A model generated the notes under the pieces. It worked only from the letters and a program-made list of their open reading frames with translations, made no database searches and was not told the origin of the DNA. A DNA stretch of 64,000 bases from Squalus acanthias (taxonomy: Eukaryota): the NCBI GenBank assembly GCA_030390025.1, contig JASTWF010000358.1:124001-188000 (forward strand), in the 5' to 3' direction. This document shows positions 52,301 to 64,000 of this stretch, in pieces. The position numbers were made by a program, and so were the translations under genes. How positions within the stretch are numbered: position 1 is the stretch's first letter; each line of letters starts with the position of its first letter.

Positions 52301-55300
52301 AGACAGAGTCCCAGAGAGAGGCAGAGTCCCAGAGAGACAGAGTCCCAGAAAAAGGCAGAGTCCCAGAGAGACAGTGTCCCAGAGAGAGGCAGAGTCCCAG
52401 AGAGACAGAGTCCCAGAGAAAGGCATAGTCCCATAGAGACGGAGTCCCCAAGAGATGCAGAGTCCGAGAGAGGCAGAGTCCCAGAGAGAATCAGAGTCTC
52501 AGAGAGACAGAGTCCCAGAGAGAGAGACCCCCAGATAGACAGAGTGCCAGACAGAGAGAGAGTCCCAGAGAGACAGAGTCTCATAGAGAGGCATAGTCCC
52601 AGACAGAGGCTTAGTCCCAGAGAGAGGCAATGTCCCAGAGGGGCAGAGTCCCTGAGAGAGGCAGGGTCCCAGAGAGACAGACTCACAGAGAGAGGCAGAG
52701 TCCCTCATAGACAGAGTCCCAGAGAGAAGCAGAGTCCCAGAGAGACGGAGTCCCAGGCAGAGGCAGATTCACAGAGAGGCAGTGTCCCACGGACTGGCAG
52801 AGGTCGAGAGAGAGTGTCTCAGAGACAGGCAGTGTCCCAGAGAGACAGATTCCCAGAGAGTATCAGCGTCCCAGAAAGACAGAATCCCAGAGAGAGGCAG
52901 AGTCCCAGTGAGACAGAGACACAGACAGAGAGATTACCAGAAAGAGGCAGAGTCCCCGAGATACAGTGTCCCAGAGAGATGCAGAGTCTCAGAGAGACAG
53001 ATTCCCAGAGAGACAGAGTCCCAGAGAGAGGCAGAGACCCCGAGAGACAGAGACCCAGAAAGAGGCAATGTCCCTGAGAGACAGAGTCCCAGAAAGAGGC
53101 AGAGTCCGAGAGAGAAAGAGTCGCAGAGAGAGGCAGAGTCCAAGAGAGACAAACTCCAAGAGAGAGGCAGACTCCCAGAGAGACAGAATCCCAGAGAGAC
53201 AGAGTCCCAGAGAGAGGCATAGTCCCATAGAGACAGTGTCCCACGGAGAGGCAGAGGTCGAGAGTCCCAGGGAGACAGATTCCCAGAGAGTGGCAGCGTC
53301 CCAGAAAGACAGAATTCCAGAGAGAGGCAGAGTCCCAGTGAGACAGAGTCCCAGAGAGAGAGATTCCCAGAAAGAGGCAGAGTCCCACAGATACAGAGTC
53401 CCAGAGAGAGGCAGAGTCTCAGAGAGACAGATTCCCAGAGAGACAGAGTCCCAGAGAGAGGCAGAGTCCCCGAGAGACAGAGTCCCAGAAGGAGGCAAAG
53501 TCCCAGAGAGACAGTGTCCCAGGGAGAGGCCGAGGCCAAGAGAGACAGATTCCCAGATAGAGGCAGCGTCCCAGAGAGACAGAGTCACAGAGAGAGGCAG
53601 AGTCCCAGAGAGCAGCAGAGTCCCAGAGAGAAAGAGTCCCAGATAGAGGCAGAGTCCCAGAGAGACAGAGTCTCAGAGAGGAGCAGTCTCCCAGAGACAG
53701 TGTTCCATAAAGAGGCAGAGTCCCAGAGAGATAAAGTCCCAGAGAGAGGCAGAGTCCAAGAGATACAGAGTCCCAGAGAGAGAGATAGTCCCAGAGAGAC
53801 AGGGTCCCATAGAGAGGCAGAGTCCCAGAGATACAGAGTCCCAGAGCGAGACAGATTCCCAGAGAGACAGAGTCCCAGAGAGACAGAGTCCCAGAGAGAG
53901 GCAGATTCTCAGAGAGACAGATTCCCAGAGTGACAGAGTCCCAGAGAGAGGCAGAGTCCCAGAGAGACAGAGTCCCAGAAAAAGGCAGAGTCCCAGAGAG
54001 ACAGTGTCCCAGAGAGAGGCAGAGTCCCAGAGAGACAGAGTCCCAGAGAGAGGCAGAGTCCCAGAGAGAACGTGTTCAAGAGAAAAGCAGAATCCCAAAG
54101 AGAGGCAGAGTCCCAGAGAGACAGTGTCCCAGAGAGTAGCAGAGTCCCAGAGAGACAGAGTCCCGGAGAGAGGCAGTGTCCCAGAGATCCAGAGTCCATG
54201 AGATAGAGAGACAGTCCCAGATAGACAGAGTGCCAGAGGGAGAGAGAGTCCCAGAGAGTCAGAGTCTCATAGAGAGGCATAGTCCCAGAAAGAGGCTGAG
54301 TCCCAGAGATAGGCAGTGTCCCAGTGGGGCAGAGTCCCTGAGAGAGGCAGGGTCCCAGAAAGACAGAATCCCAGAGAGAGGCAGAGGCCAAGAGAGTCAG
54401 AGACCCAGAGAGAAAGAGAGAGTCCCAGAAAGAGGCAGTGTCCCAGAGAGACAGATTCCCAGAGAGAAGCAGAGTCCCAGAGAGAGGCAGAGTCCCAGAG
54501 AGAACGTGTCCAAGAGAAAAGCAGAATCCCAAAGAGAGGCAGAGTCCCAGAGAGACAGTGTCCCAGAGAGTAGCAGAGTCCCAGAGAGACAGAGTCCCAG
54601 AGAGAGGCAGTGTCCCAGAGATCCAGAGTCCCTGAGATAGAGAGACAGTCCCAGATAGACAGAGTGCCAGAGGGAGAGAGAGTCCCAGAGAGACAGAGTC
54701 CCGTAGAGAGGCAGAGTCCCAGGGAGACATTGTCCCAGAGAGACAGAGACCCAGAGAGAGGCAGACTCCCAGAGAGACAGAATCCCAGAGAGAGGCAGTG
54801 TCCCAGAGAGAGGCAGAGTCCCAGAAAAAGGCAGAGTCCCAGAGAGAATGGGACCCAGATAGTTCCAGAGTCCCATAGATACAGAGTCCCAGAGACAGGC
54901 AGAGTCCGAGAGAGACAAATACGCAGAGAGAGACAGCGTCCCAGAGAGACAGAGTGCCAGAGAGAGGAATAGTCCAATAGAGGCAGAGTCCCAAAAAGAG
55001 GCTGTGTCCCAGAGAGAGGCAGAGTCCCATGAGAGGCAGTGTCCCAGAGGGGCAGAGTCCCAGAAAGTGGCAGAGTTCCAGAAAGACAGAATCCCAAAGA
55101 GAGGCAGATTCTCACAGAGACAGATTCCCAGAGAGACAGAGTCCCAGAGAGAGACAGAGTCTCAGAGAGACAGATCCCAGAGCTAGAGAGTCCCAGATAG
55201 ACAGAGTGCCAGACAGAGAGAGAGTCCCAGAGAGACAGAGTCTCATAGAGAGGCATAGTCCCAGAGAGAGGCTGAGTCCCAGAGAGAGGCAGAGGCCCAG

Positions 55301-57113
55301 AGGGGCAGAGTCCCTGAGAGAGGCAGGGTCCCAGTGAGACAGAGTCACAGAGAGAGGCAGAGTCCCTCATAGACAGAGTCCCAGAGAGAAGCAGAGTCCC
55401 AGAGAGACAGAGTCCCAGACAGAGGCAGAGTCACAGAGAGACAGTGTCCCACGGAGAGGCAGAGGTCGAGAGTCCCAGGGAGACAGATTCCCAGAGAGTG
55501 GCAGCGTCCCAGAAAGACAGAATCCCAGAGAGAGGCAGAGTCCCAGTGAGACAGAGTCCCAGAGAGAGAGATTCCCAGAAAGAGGCAGAGTCCCACAGAT
55601 ACAGAGTCCCAGAGAGAGGCAGAGTCTCAGAGAGACAGATTCCCAGAGAGACAGAGTCCCAGAGAGAGGCAGAGTCCCCGAGAGACAGAGTCCCAGAAGG
55701 AGGCAAAGACCCAGAGAGACAGTGTCCCAGAAGGAGGCAAAGACCCAGAGAGACAGTGTCCCAGGGAGAGGCCGAGGCCAAGAGAGACAGATTCCCAGAT
55801 AGAGGCAGCGTCCCAGAGAGACAGAGTCACAGAGAGAGGCAGAGTCCCAGAGAGCAGCAGAGTCCCAGAGAGAAAGAGTCCCAGATAGAGGCAGAGTCCC
55901 AGAGAGACAGAGTCTCAGAGAGGAGCAGTCTCCCAGAGACAGTGTTCCATAAAGAGGCAGAGTCCCAGAGAGATAAAGTCCCAGAGAGAGGCAGAGTCCC
56001 AGAGATACAGAGTCCCAGAGAGAGAGATAGTCCCAGAGAGACAGGGTCCCATAGAGAGGCAGAGTCCCAGAGATGCAGAGTCCCAGAGCGAGACAGATTC
56101 CCAGAGAGACAGAGTCCCAGAGAGAGAGAGTCCCAGAAAGAGGCTTAGTCCCAGAGAGACAGAGTCCATGAGAGAGGCAGAGTCCCAGAGATACAGATTC
56201 CCAGAGAGAGGCAGAGTCTCAGAGAGACAGATTCCCAGAGAGACAGAGTCCCAGAGAGAGGCAGAGTCCCAGAGAGACAGAGTCCCAGAAAGAGGCAGAG
56301 TCCCAGAGAGACAGTGTCCCAGAGAGAGGCAGAGTCCCAGAGAGACAGAGTCCCAGAGAACGGCATAGTCCCATAGAGACAGAGTCCCCAAGAGATGCAG
56401 AGTCCGAGAGAGGCAGAGTCCCAGAGAGAATCAGAGTCTCAGAGAGACAGAGTCCCAGAGAGAGAGAGTCCCAGATAGACAGAGTGCCAGACAGAGAGAG
56501 AGTCGCAGAGAGACAGAGTCACAGAGAGAGGCATAGTCCCATAGAGACAGAGTCCCAGAGAGAGGCAGAGTCCCAGATAGACTGAGTCCAGAGAGATGCA
56601 GTGTCCCAGAGAGAGACAGAGTCCCAGAGAGAGGCAGAGACCCCGAGAGACAGAGACCCAGAAAGAGGCAATGTCCCTGAGAGACAGAGTCCCAGAAAGA
56701 GGCAGAGTCCGAGAGAGAAAGAGTCGCAGAGAGAGGCAGAGTCCCAGAGAGACAAAGTCCCAGAGAGAGGCAGACTCCCAGAGAGACAGAATCCCAGAGA
56801 GACAGAGTCCCAGAGAGAGGCATAGTCCCATAGAGACAGAGTCCCAGAGAGATGCAGAGTCCGAGAGAGTCAGAGTCCCAGAGAGAAGCAGAGTCTCAGA
56901 GAGACAGAGTCCCAGAGAGAGAGTCTCAGATAGACAGCGTGCCAGACAGCGAGAGAGTCCCAGAGAGTCAGAGTCTCATAGAGAGGCATAGTCCCAGAAA
57001 GAGGCTGAGTCCCAGAGATAGGCAGTGTCCCAGTGGAGCAGAGTCCCTGAGAGAGGCAGGGTCCCAGAAAGACAGAATCCCAGAGAGAGGCAGAGACCCA
57101 GAGAGACAGAGAC
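40334..57113 (+). repeat. 18-bp satellite array, block C, with ~3-4.3 kb higher-order repeats
   Basis: Marker CCCATAAACTGGTAGAGTCTAGG at ~41305, 45338, 49646; marker GGGACCCAGATA at ~43721, 47961, 50945, 54850. Confidence 0.95.
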
Positions 57114-58797
57114 TGTAGAATTCGCAATATATCGCGATTTTATTAAATAAGGAGAAAACACATAGTTTCGTTCAAACAGCTTTTATTTCAGCAGAATGCT
57201 GTCAGGTTTCAAAGTGGACACAGGCAGCTTGTAAAATGGCCGCCGCACCTCGTGGCGGAACATTCTGGACTTTTCGACAGGCAGACAAGATGGCGTTCCA
57301 ATAAACATTTGTACAAGACCGATTAAGATTCAGCACATTGAAGATAATACACGAGACATCATGGGTTTGCAGTATACACATAGATACTGAAATCGGTCTC
57401 CCGGGTACGAATAAAGACTATTGTACCAAGTAATCAAGGGCCTATCCAAAGACATTAATATGTAAAATCCCAACGACTCTACGATGAGAGAGCCGTTAGC
57501 GGGTAGTTACAGAAAACACTTGGAGGCCCCAAAACCCCTCCAGGGAGAACACCGACCGATTAAACAATGGGAGAAATATTAACAGGTTCTCAGACATTTA
57601 CGAGTAGCCCCGAAACCCATTAAAAACGGAGATCCCCTATACAAGACATTTGAGCGCCAAACCCAAACAAAAGAAAAGACATTAAGGTTGGGCGGGAAAC
57701 GGAAGATTTTGCACTATAATTGCAAGCCCCAAATCGTCCATCTCTCTCTTATCCTCTTATCTTGCTGGTGTTCATCCTCGTGGCTGCTCCTGTGTTCTTG
57801 ACTCGCCGTCTTGTTCCTGTTTGCCTGGTGTCTCTTTTAAAAGACTGTTGAACTTTGTGATCCGTTCGGATCTACCTCGTGTCGTGTCACGAAGACCTGT
57901 GTTGGTAACCGGCATCGGAACCAAAGGCCCGAGAAGAGATGAGATGAGATGAGAAGAGACGAAGACCATACTTATCGCCACGGTCAGTAAGCCCCGACCG
58001 CGCCTGTAGGTCGAATAGACATTTCTCCTTGCCAGGAAGACTTCTTTGAACTTTAAAGAACGGACCCCGGAAGATTCTTCTTTGAGATATTGACTGATCT
58101 GTGAAACCCATCAGGGCAGATCCTCATGACGGACACCGAGAGATTATTCTCTTAAGTGTTGACTGGTACGTGAAACCCACAAACACAGATCTTCATAACA
58201 ACAGACGTTCCAGCCTGCTAGCCGGAGCAGAAGCAAGTAAGCAAGTGGGGCCAGGAGACCCCCTGATCGACACGTGGGTGCTGCGGTGAAAACATCCGAT
58301 CAGCTATTCGGAATTTCTCCGAGATATCACGAGTGGTGAGCATGAGTCTCGAATCCTACGAATCTAGCTAGGACAGATATTGATAGGGGAGGGTTTAAGT
58401 ACTAAGGATAATTGTAATGTGTGCCCCCATTTACGGTGTGTCGTTCGTTCCTCGTTTCCCTAGAATTAGTTACATAACTGCGTGTAAGATTGTACTGTCA
58501 TTAATCTGTGCTTATGACATGTATTTCGTAGTCTTAAGTATTATGCAATAAAGATTTTCCATTTCGTACCATTCAACCGAGTCTACATGAGTTTCATCTC
58601 CATTACTGCTCTCGCATCTAAGTCCAGTGTCTAGAACCGTAAGGGCGAGTGATTCGAACCACTCACAGGTGTGTCTAGTGTTCCCAGACTGGCTGGAGAC
58701 CAGAACAGGCAACAAGGCCTAAACCCGCACTGACATACAGGCTGCACAGAGCCACGCGAATCTCACAGGCGGAGAGACACGCACGCAAACCCTTACA
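57114..58797 (+). repeat. 5' LTR of provirus 2 (1684 bp)
   Basis: TGTAGAATTCGC...CCCTTACA, followed by GAAA-ATGGCGACC. Confidence 0.93.
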
Positions 58798-58801
58798 GAA
58801 A

Positions 58802-60609
58802 ATGGCGACCGCGGCAGGAGACTGGCAGCGAGAGGGTAGTGTGTTAGACTTTGGTGTGACTGTACGAAATGTTATGCAGGAAAAGATAGCAGATTATGTG
58901 TTCGGAAAGGTTAATCTAACTAAGAAATGGATAAGTGAATTGTTAGCGGATAAAAGTCCACTAGAGGCAGCCGAAAGGTGGACAGATAGTAAAGAACATA
59001 AAAAGACACTCGAGAAAGCAGTCTGGCTAATGTGTTACAAAAGGCAGGTCCAGATTTCAAACCAGGTCATTACAGCGCTAACAGCTCGAATCAGTCATTT
59101 AGAGGGAGAAATGGATGAGAAGGTCTCTGGAGGGGAATTGCTCATTAGGAATTTAAGTGCGCTGCACCAAGAACGCCAGGAAATCTCCAGTCACCATAAA
59201 ACAAGGATAGATTACCTCGAGTGCCAGGTCACTGAGGCAAAGTTAAATGAGGGCAGATTAAAGGAACGATGTGCCCGCCAAGCTGCCCAGATAAGAACTC
59301 AGGAAGAGAGCTTAACGGGGGTTAGGGCGGCATATAAGTTGGCCACGAGGATAAGTTTCAGGGAGCCGATCATAGCGCCTGCCAAAAAGAGATAGAGCAC
59401 CTCAAAAAGGCCGTGAACAAAGCGCACGGCATGGTGTGCCTTATCAGTCCGTCAGCACACCAGCCGCTCGTAAAAGAGGAGTTTCAGAAGTCCCCACCAA
59501 GTAAAGCAGAGGAAGTATTAGCCACTGCGCCCTCCGCGCCACCCAGCTATTCGGAAACCTGGGTAAGGGAGGAAGTAGTGGAAGAAACGAAAGAGCCCAT
59601 TGAGAAAGAAGTGGAAAAGGGACCGTTGTATCCAGTAACGGGTATAAAAAGGGGCCCAAACAGAAACGGTGGGGAGGAACCAGGGGATCTCCTCGGCCAG
59701 CTTGTGTTGCCTCACTGCTCACACCAGCTGAGAGTTATGATAAATCATGTACGGAAGCTGACCGAGTTAGACGACCCTTCCGTACATTTCAGAGAAGTTG
59801 AGCAAACCGCAGCCATTAACGGCTGCGATGATGGGGAAACAGCAAAAATGCTGTTGTTTTCGTTAGGCAGTTCAATCCTTCAGTGTCTCTCGGGCGAGAG
59901 CAAGAGGGGAACCAAGACTTATGAGGCATTGAAGAATGAGGTCCTGGAAGTGTTGGGGGCGGACGATGAAGGTCCGTTTGCTAGAGTGGGACAGACAGTG
60001 CAGATGGAGGGAGAACCCCCGAAGGTTTTTGCCGACAGGCTGTGGCCAGTATATCAGCGCAGCTGTCTAGGTGCGCTAGAGCGCGACGATATGGACGGCG
60101 CCGGTTTAAATCATTGGCTTAGGTGCATAGTAGCCAACAGTTTACCAGCCGTCAGAGAGCAGGCAAAAGCATGGTTTGATCCCAATGACCCCAACATTAC
60201 GGAAGAGTCGGTCTTGAATCGACTCACGTTAGGATATCGCAATATAAGGGGTATGGGAACACGTCCCCTTAAGGGAAAAGTACATGAGGTACGACCCGCA
60301 GCCCCGTATCAAAGGGAGTGGCATCAGGAGGGTAATCGCGCCCCGCAGGCAAGTAATGCTTGTTACGGGTGTGGGAAGACAGGGCACTGGCGCAAGAACT
60401 GCAGGAACCCTTGGAAGGATTCCAGGGATAAAATTCCCGCAGCCCGAGCCCAGACGCCTGTCCCTGCTAGGGAAGCTAGTGCACCCACCCCTCCCGACGA
60501 CCTCGAAGTAGTGTTGGGAGCCATGCGCAAATTATTGAGTGCACATGGAAAGGTGGCGGTTGCTACCGGCCCCGTAGGTGCCGCAGGACCGTCTAATAGT
60601 ACCCAATGA
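58802..60609 (+). pseudogene. gag: gag of provirus 2 with a 1-nt frameshift near 59345
   Basis: Provirus 1 reads GCC CTT GAG GAT; provirus 2 reads GCC AC GAG GAT, splitting gag into ORFs 58802-59395 and 59413-60609. Confidence 0.85.
58803..58820 (+). promoter_or_regulatory. Primer-binding site of provirus 2
   Basis: TGGCGACCGCGGCAGGAG; first 17 nt identical to provirus 1. Confidence 0.65.
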
Positions 60610-63600
60610 CTAGAGCCCGCGCAGCCCGTCTACCTGTGTCCGCTCAGCTATGATGCGTGGAAGCGACCTTTGGTGGAGATGGATGTAGAGAAACAGAAGG
60701 GTAGTTATTTGTTGGACACGGGAGCTTCTTGCACCATAATCCATACAGATAGCCCTTTTGACTCGCCGCTATCGACCAAGGTCCCATTCACATTAACGGG
60801 GTTCACGGGAAAAGAACAGGCTGGCGCGTTCTCCCTTCCGCTATCCATTCGTTTGGGAGCACTTCACCTCAAGTGGAAGTGCATACTGATGGAATGGCAG
60901 GAGGGGGGTGGAAGGGGTATCCTCGGGTCCGATCTCCTATCAGGGCACGGGATCCTCGTGGACCTCAGAAATCACTGTCTCTGGGGGGCTAAGAGTGAAA
61001 AAGGCGAGGTAGTAGTGATTCCGGGGGAGGAAGAAACAGAGGTCCTGTGTACCGTGCAGCCATCCGGAGGCTACGACCTCGGGCTTATGGTCGCAGGTGT
61101 CCCAACGGACATGCAAACGTACGTGTCAGATAATATGCACGCGTTTGCAACCCACAAGCACGATTGTGGGAGGGTTACCGGGTTTGAGGTCAGCGTAGAT
61201 GGGGACCCCATGACCCGGCCCCAAAAACAGTATAACTTCCCCAAAGAAGCAGAACCCGATATGGAGACAGCAATGTCCTCCTTGGTGCAGCAGGGCGTGT
61301 TGAGGCCGATAGCCACACACGTGAACTCCCCATTATGGCCGGTTAGGAAGCCGGATAATTCGTGGAGAGCCACGGTGGACTACAGAGTCCTTAACAGTAA
61401 CATTCCCGCCTGCGCGCCCACGGTAGCAGCAGTTGCTGACCTAATAGGGAGTATCCCAGCGTCCGCGACCACGTTCACGGTGTTGGATATCTCGAACGGT
61501 TTTTGGTCCATCCCGCTGAGGCGAGAGGACCAGTACAAGTTTGCCTTTACTTTCAAAGGACAACAGTACACATGGAACTGTCTGCCACAGGGTTTCCACA
61601 ATAGCCCCAGTATTTTCCATCAGTGTATGGCAGGAAGTTTAAAGGAGTTTAGTCAGTCCAATCAGATAGTGCAGTACGTGGATGATTTGCTCCTATTTAC
61701 GGATTCAAGGGAGGAGCATGGACCACTGCTGGACGAGTTATTGGAGCTGCTAGCGAGAAAGGGTTTTAAAATAAATCCTAAGAAAGCACGTATCGGTCAG
61801 CAGGAAGTAAAATTCCTGGGACTGACCATTCGCGCTGGGGAAAGAGCCATAGACAAAGCTAGGAGGGAGTCGGTGCAAGAGTTACCGATTCCCAACAACA
61901 TAAGGGGTGTGAGGTCCTTCTTGGGACTGACCGGTTACTGCAGGGATTTTATCGAAGACTATGCGGCCACAGCGGCGCCGCTCCTCCGACTCCTCCATAA
62001 GGGAGTGGAGTGGTCTTGGGACGAGGGCTGCCAAGCAGCCTTCGAGAAGTTAAAAAGGGATCTGCAGACCGCGCCAGCCTTAGGGGCCATAGATGGGGGG
62101 AAGGAGTTTTTCCTGGAGGTAGCTGCCAGCGGAGACAGCTTGAGCGCTGTGCTGCTCCAAGAGCGTCACGGCAACCTGAGGCCGGTTGTCTATTCAACCA
62201 GGGTGTTAACGGATGTGGAGAGAAGTTTCTCCAATTGCGAAAGGCACCTTTTAGCCACGCATTGGGCTGTGAAAAGATCAGCGATCTTCACAGGGCTCTC
62301 TCCCATCACTCTCCTCACCCATCACACACCAACTAAGATGCTTCTAGATGGGAGGATTAAAGATGGGACCGTAAGCAGCGTGCGTATTGCGCGCTGGACC
62401 CTTCTTCTTTCCCAGATGGATCTTAGAGTTAAAGGTCTTTGCGAGCCCAGGCTTGCGGCCAATTTGGTATACCCCGGTACAGCCCACCGATGTTCGGTGG
62501 AAGGGGTGTGGGACGTCAACATAGGTTTGCGGGCCGGGATACATCCCACTGGGCGCGAGATTTATGTTGATGGGTCTAGCACAGTATCTGCTGGCGAACA
62601 TCTCACAGGGTGTGGAGTTTATGACCCTGCGGCAAACCTTGCCCTGGCGATCAAGCTCCCTAGCACCATGAGCGCGCAGCAGGCTGAGCTGTCTGCCGTG
62701 GTGTACGTTGTTACCCACCCAGACATTTTCCCAACCCCATACACGATTTGCTCGGACAGTATGTTCACCTGCAATTCGTGTACGGAATACCTGGCCATTT
62801 GGTCCCGCTGTGGATACACCTCCGCGGACGGGCGACCTTTAACGGTGAAGCCCTTGCTGGAAAAGATCCTAGCAGCAGTAGGGGAGGAAGGAGAGATTTT
62901 CATCCATAAGGTGAAAGCTCACTCCTCCACAGAGCCCCGTGGGGAGGGCAACCAGCAGGCGGATGCGCTAGCCAGGGAAGGTGCCCGCAACGGCATTTTC
63001 TGGGACCCCTATAGGACCAGACCCATGGCAGCGATCCAAGGCAGGGACGGGAATCCCGGGAACTCCAGGGTAGCATTGCCCCTAGACCTTAAGACCGTCC
63101 AGAACCAGGATCCCGCCCTAAAAGCAGTCCTAAAAACCATTGCTGAGGGGAAGCAGGTAGAGGGTCCGTACAGTACGGCAACCCTCTCAGTTAAGGAAGG
63201 CATGCTGTTCCGCGAGGAGCAGTGGGTTGTGCCGCAGCAGCACAGGAGGGAATTCCTCCAGTTGGCTCACGAGGGACCAGGGGTAGGGCACCCCGGGCCC
63301 GAGGTTACCTGGCAACGGGTAGAGCAAGCGGGATGGTGGCCAGGGCTCAGGGAACAGGTCCGCGAGTTCTGTGCAAACTGTCTCGTGTGTGCTGCAAACA
63401 ACCCAGACCCCCAGAAAAGGAAAGTGCCCATGGGGCACGTAAGAAGGGTAGAGGGACCATGGCAGTCGATACAGATCGACTATATAGGGCCCCTGCCCAC
63501 CACCCAGGGAGGCTATAAATACTGCCTCGTCTTGGTGGATGTGTTTTCCAAGTGGGTGGAAGCCTTCCCCTGTCGAACAGCTACGGCACTGGGTACTGCA

Positions 63601-64000
63601 AAAATCTTGGTCAGGGAAGTGTTCTCGCGGTGGGGACTTCCCCGTTTTGTGGAGTCAGACCAAGGGAGTCATTTCACCGGCCAGGTGATGCAGAACACCC
63701 TCATGCTTTTGGGCATTGAAGGGAAGTGGCACGTAGCACACAATCCCCAGTCATCCGGGATTGTTGAACGCATGAACCGGACCCTGAAGGAGAAATTGAG
63801 GAAAGAGACTAGGAACTCGCCCCAAAAATGGGCGGAGGTTCTGCCTTTAGTCCTCATGGGGGTCCGGGCCAGTCAGTCGAAAAGTACGGGGTATTCCCCG
63901 CACGAGGTGATGACTGGGAGGCTCATGCGAACCCCCACCCATGTGCTAGCGCCAGTGCTCACTGAGGGTCAGCTCCAAGAGATAAGCAGGGACAAGTTCG
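60610..64000 (+). CDS. pol: Pol of provirus 2, partial (PR-RT-tether-RNase H-IN core), open to window edge
   Basis: Same motifs as provirus 1 (LLDTGAS, YVDD, YVDGSS, IDYIGP, SDQGSHF); frame at 63961 is consistent with 60610; in frame after gag TGA. Confidence 0.9.

Larger units (their letters stand above)
57114..64000 (+). mobile_element. Provirus 2, same family, opposite orientation, runs off the window
   Basis: 5' LTR, PBS, gag and pol colinear and highly similar to provirus 1. Confidence 0.95.

Noticed and set aside
1659..57161. Hundreds of long ORFs with REAESQ/ERGRVP/WDSASL/LGLCLS repeats
   Set aside because: They are translations of an 18-bp monomer that has no stop in any of six frames; they overlap on both strands and have no domain content.

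Overview
Eukaryotic (probably vertebrate; host not identifiable from sequence) heterochromatin-like window. About 42 kb is an 18-bp GA-rich satellite (GGCAGAGTCCCAGAGAGA) organised into multi-kb higher-order repeats; essentially all long ORFs in it are artefacts. It is interrupted by three insertions of one LTR family: (1) a complete, apparently intact and young 12.9-kb provirus on the minus strand (21469-34342; LTR-gag-pol-orfX-env-LTR); (2) a 5'-truncated lone LTR (39069-40333, +); (3) a second, diverged provirus on the plus strand (57114 to window end) with a frameshifted gag. The element is not a standard Gypsy or orthoretrovirus. Pol has a degenerate RNase H tether plus a second retrovirus-type RNase H, and Env is laid out like a paramyxo/pneumovirus F protein, which together fit the lokiretrovirus description. 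Further unusual traits: an immunoglobulin-like domain at the Env N-terminus, Gag-Pol by UGA-CUAG readthrough, a gag ATG overlapping the primer-binding site, and an acidic accessory ORF. Domain calls are by motif recognition only; no searches were run.
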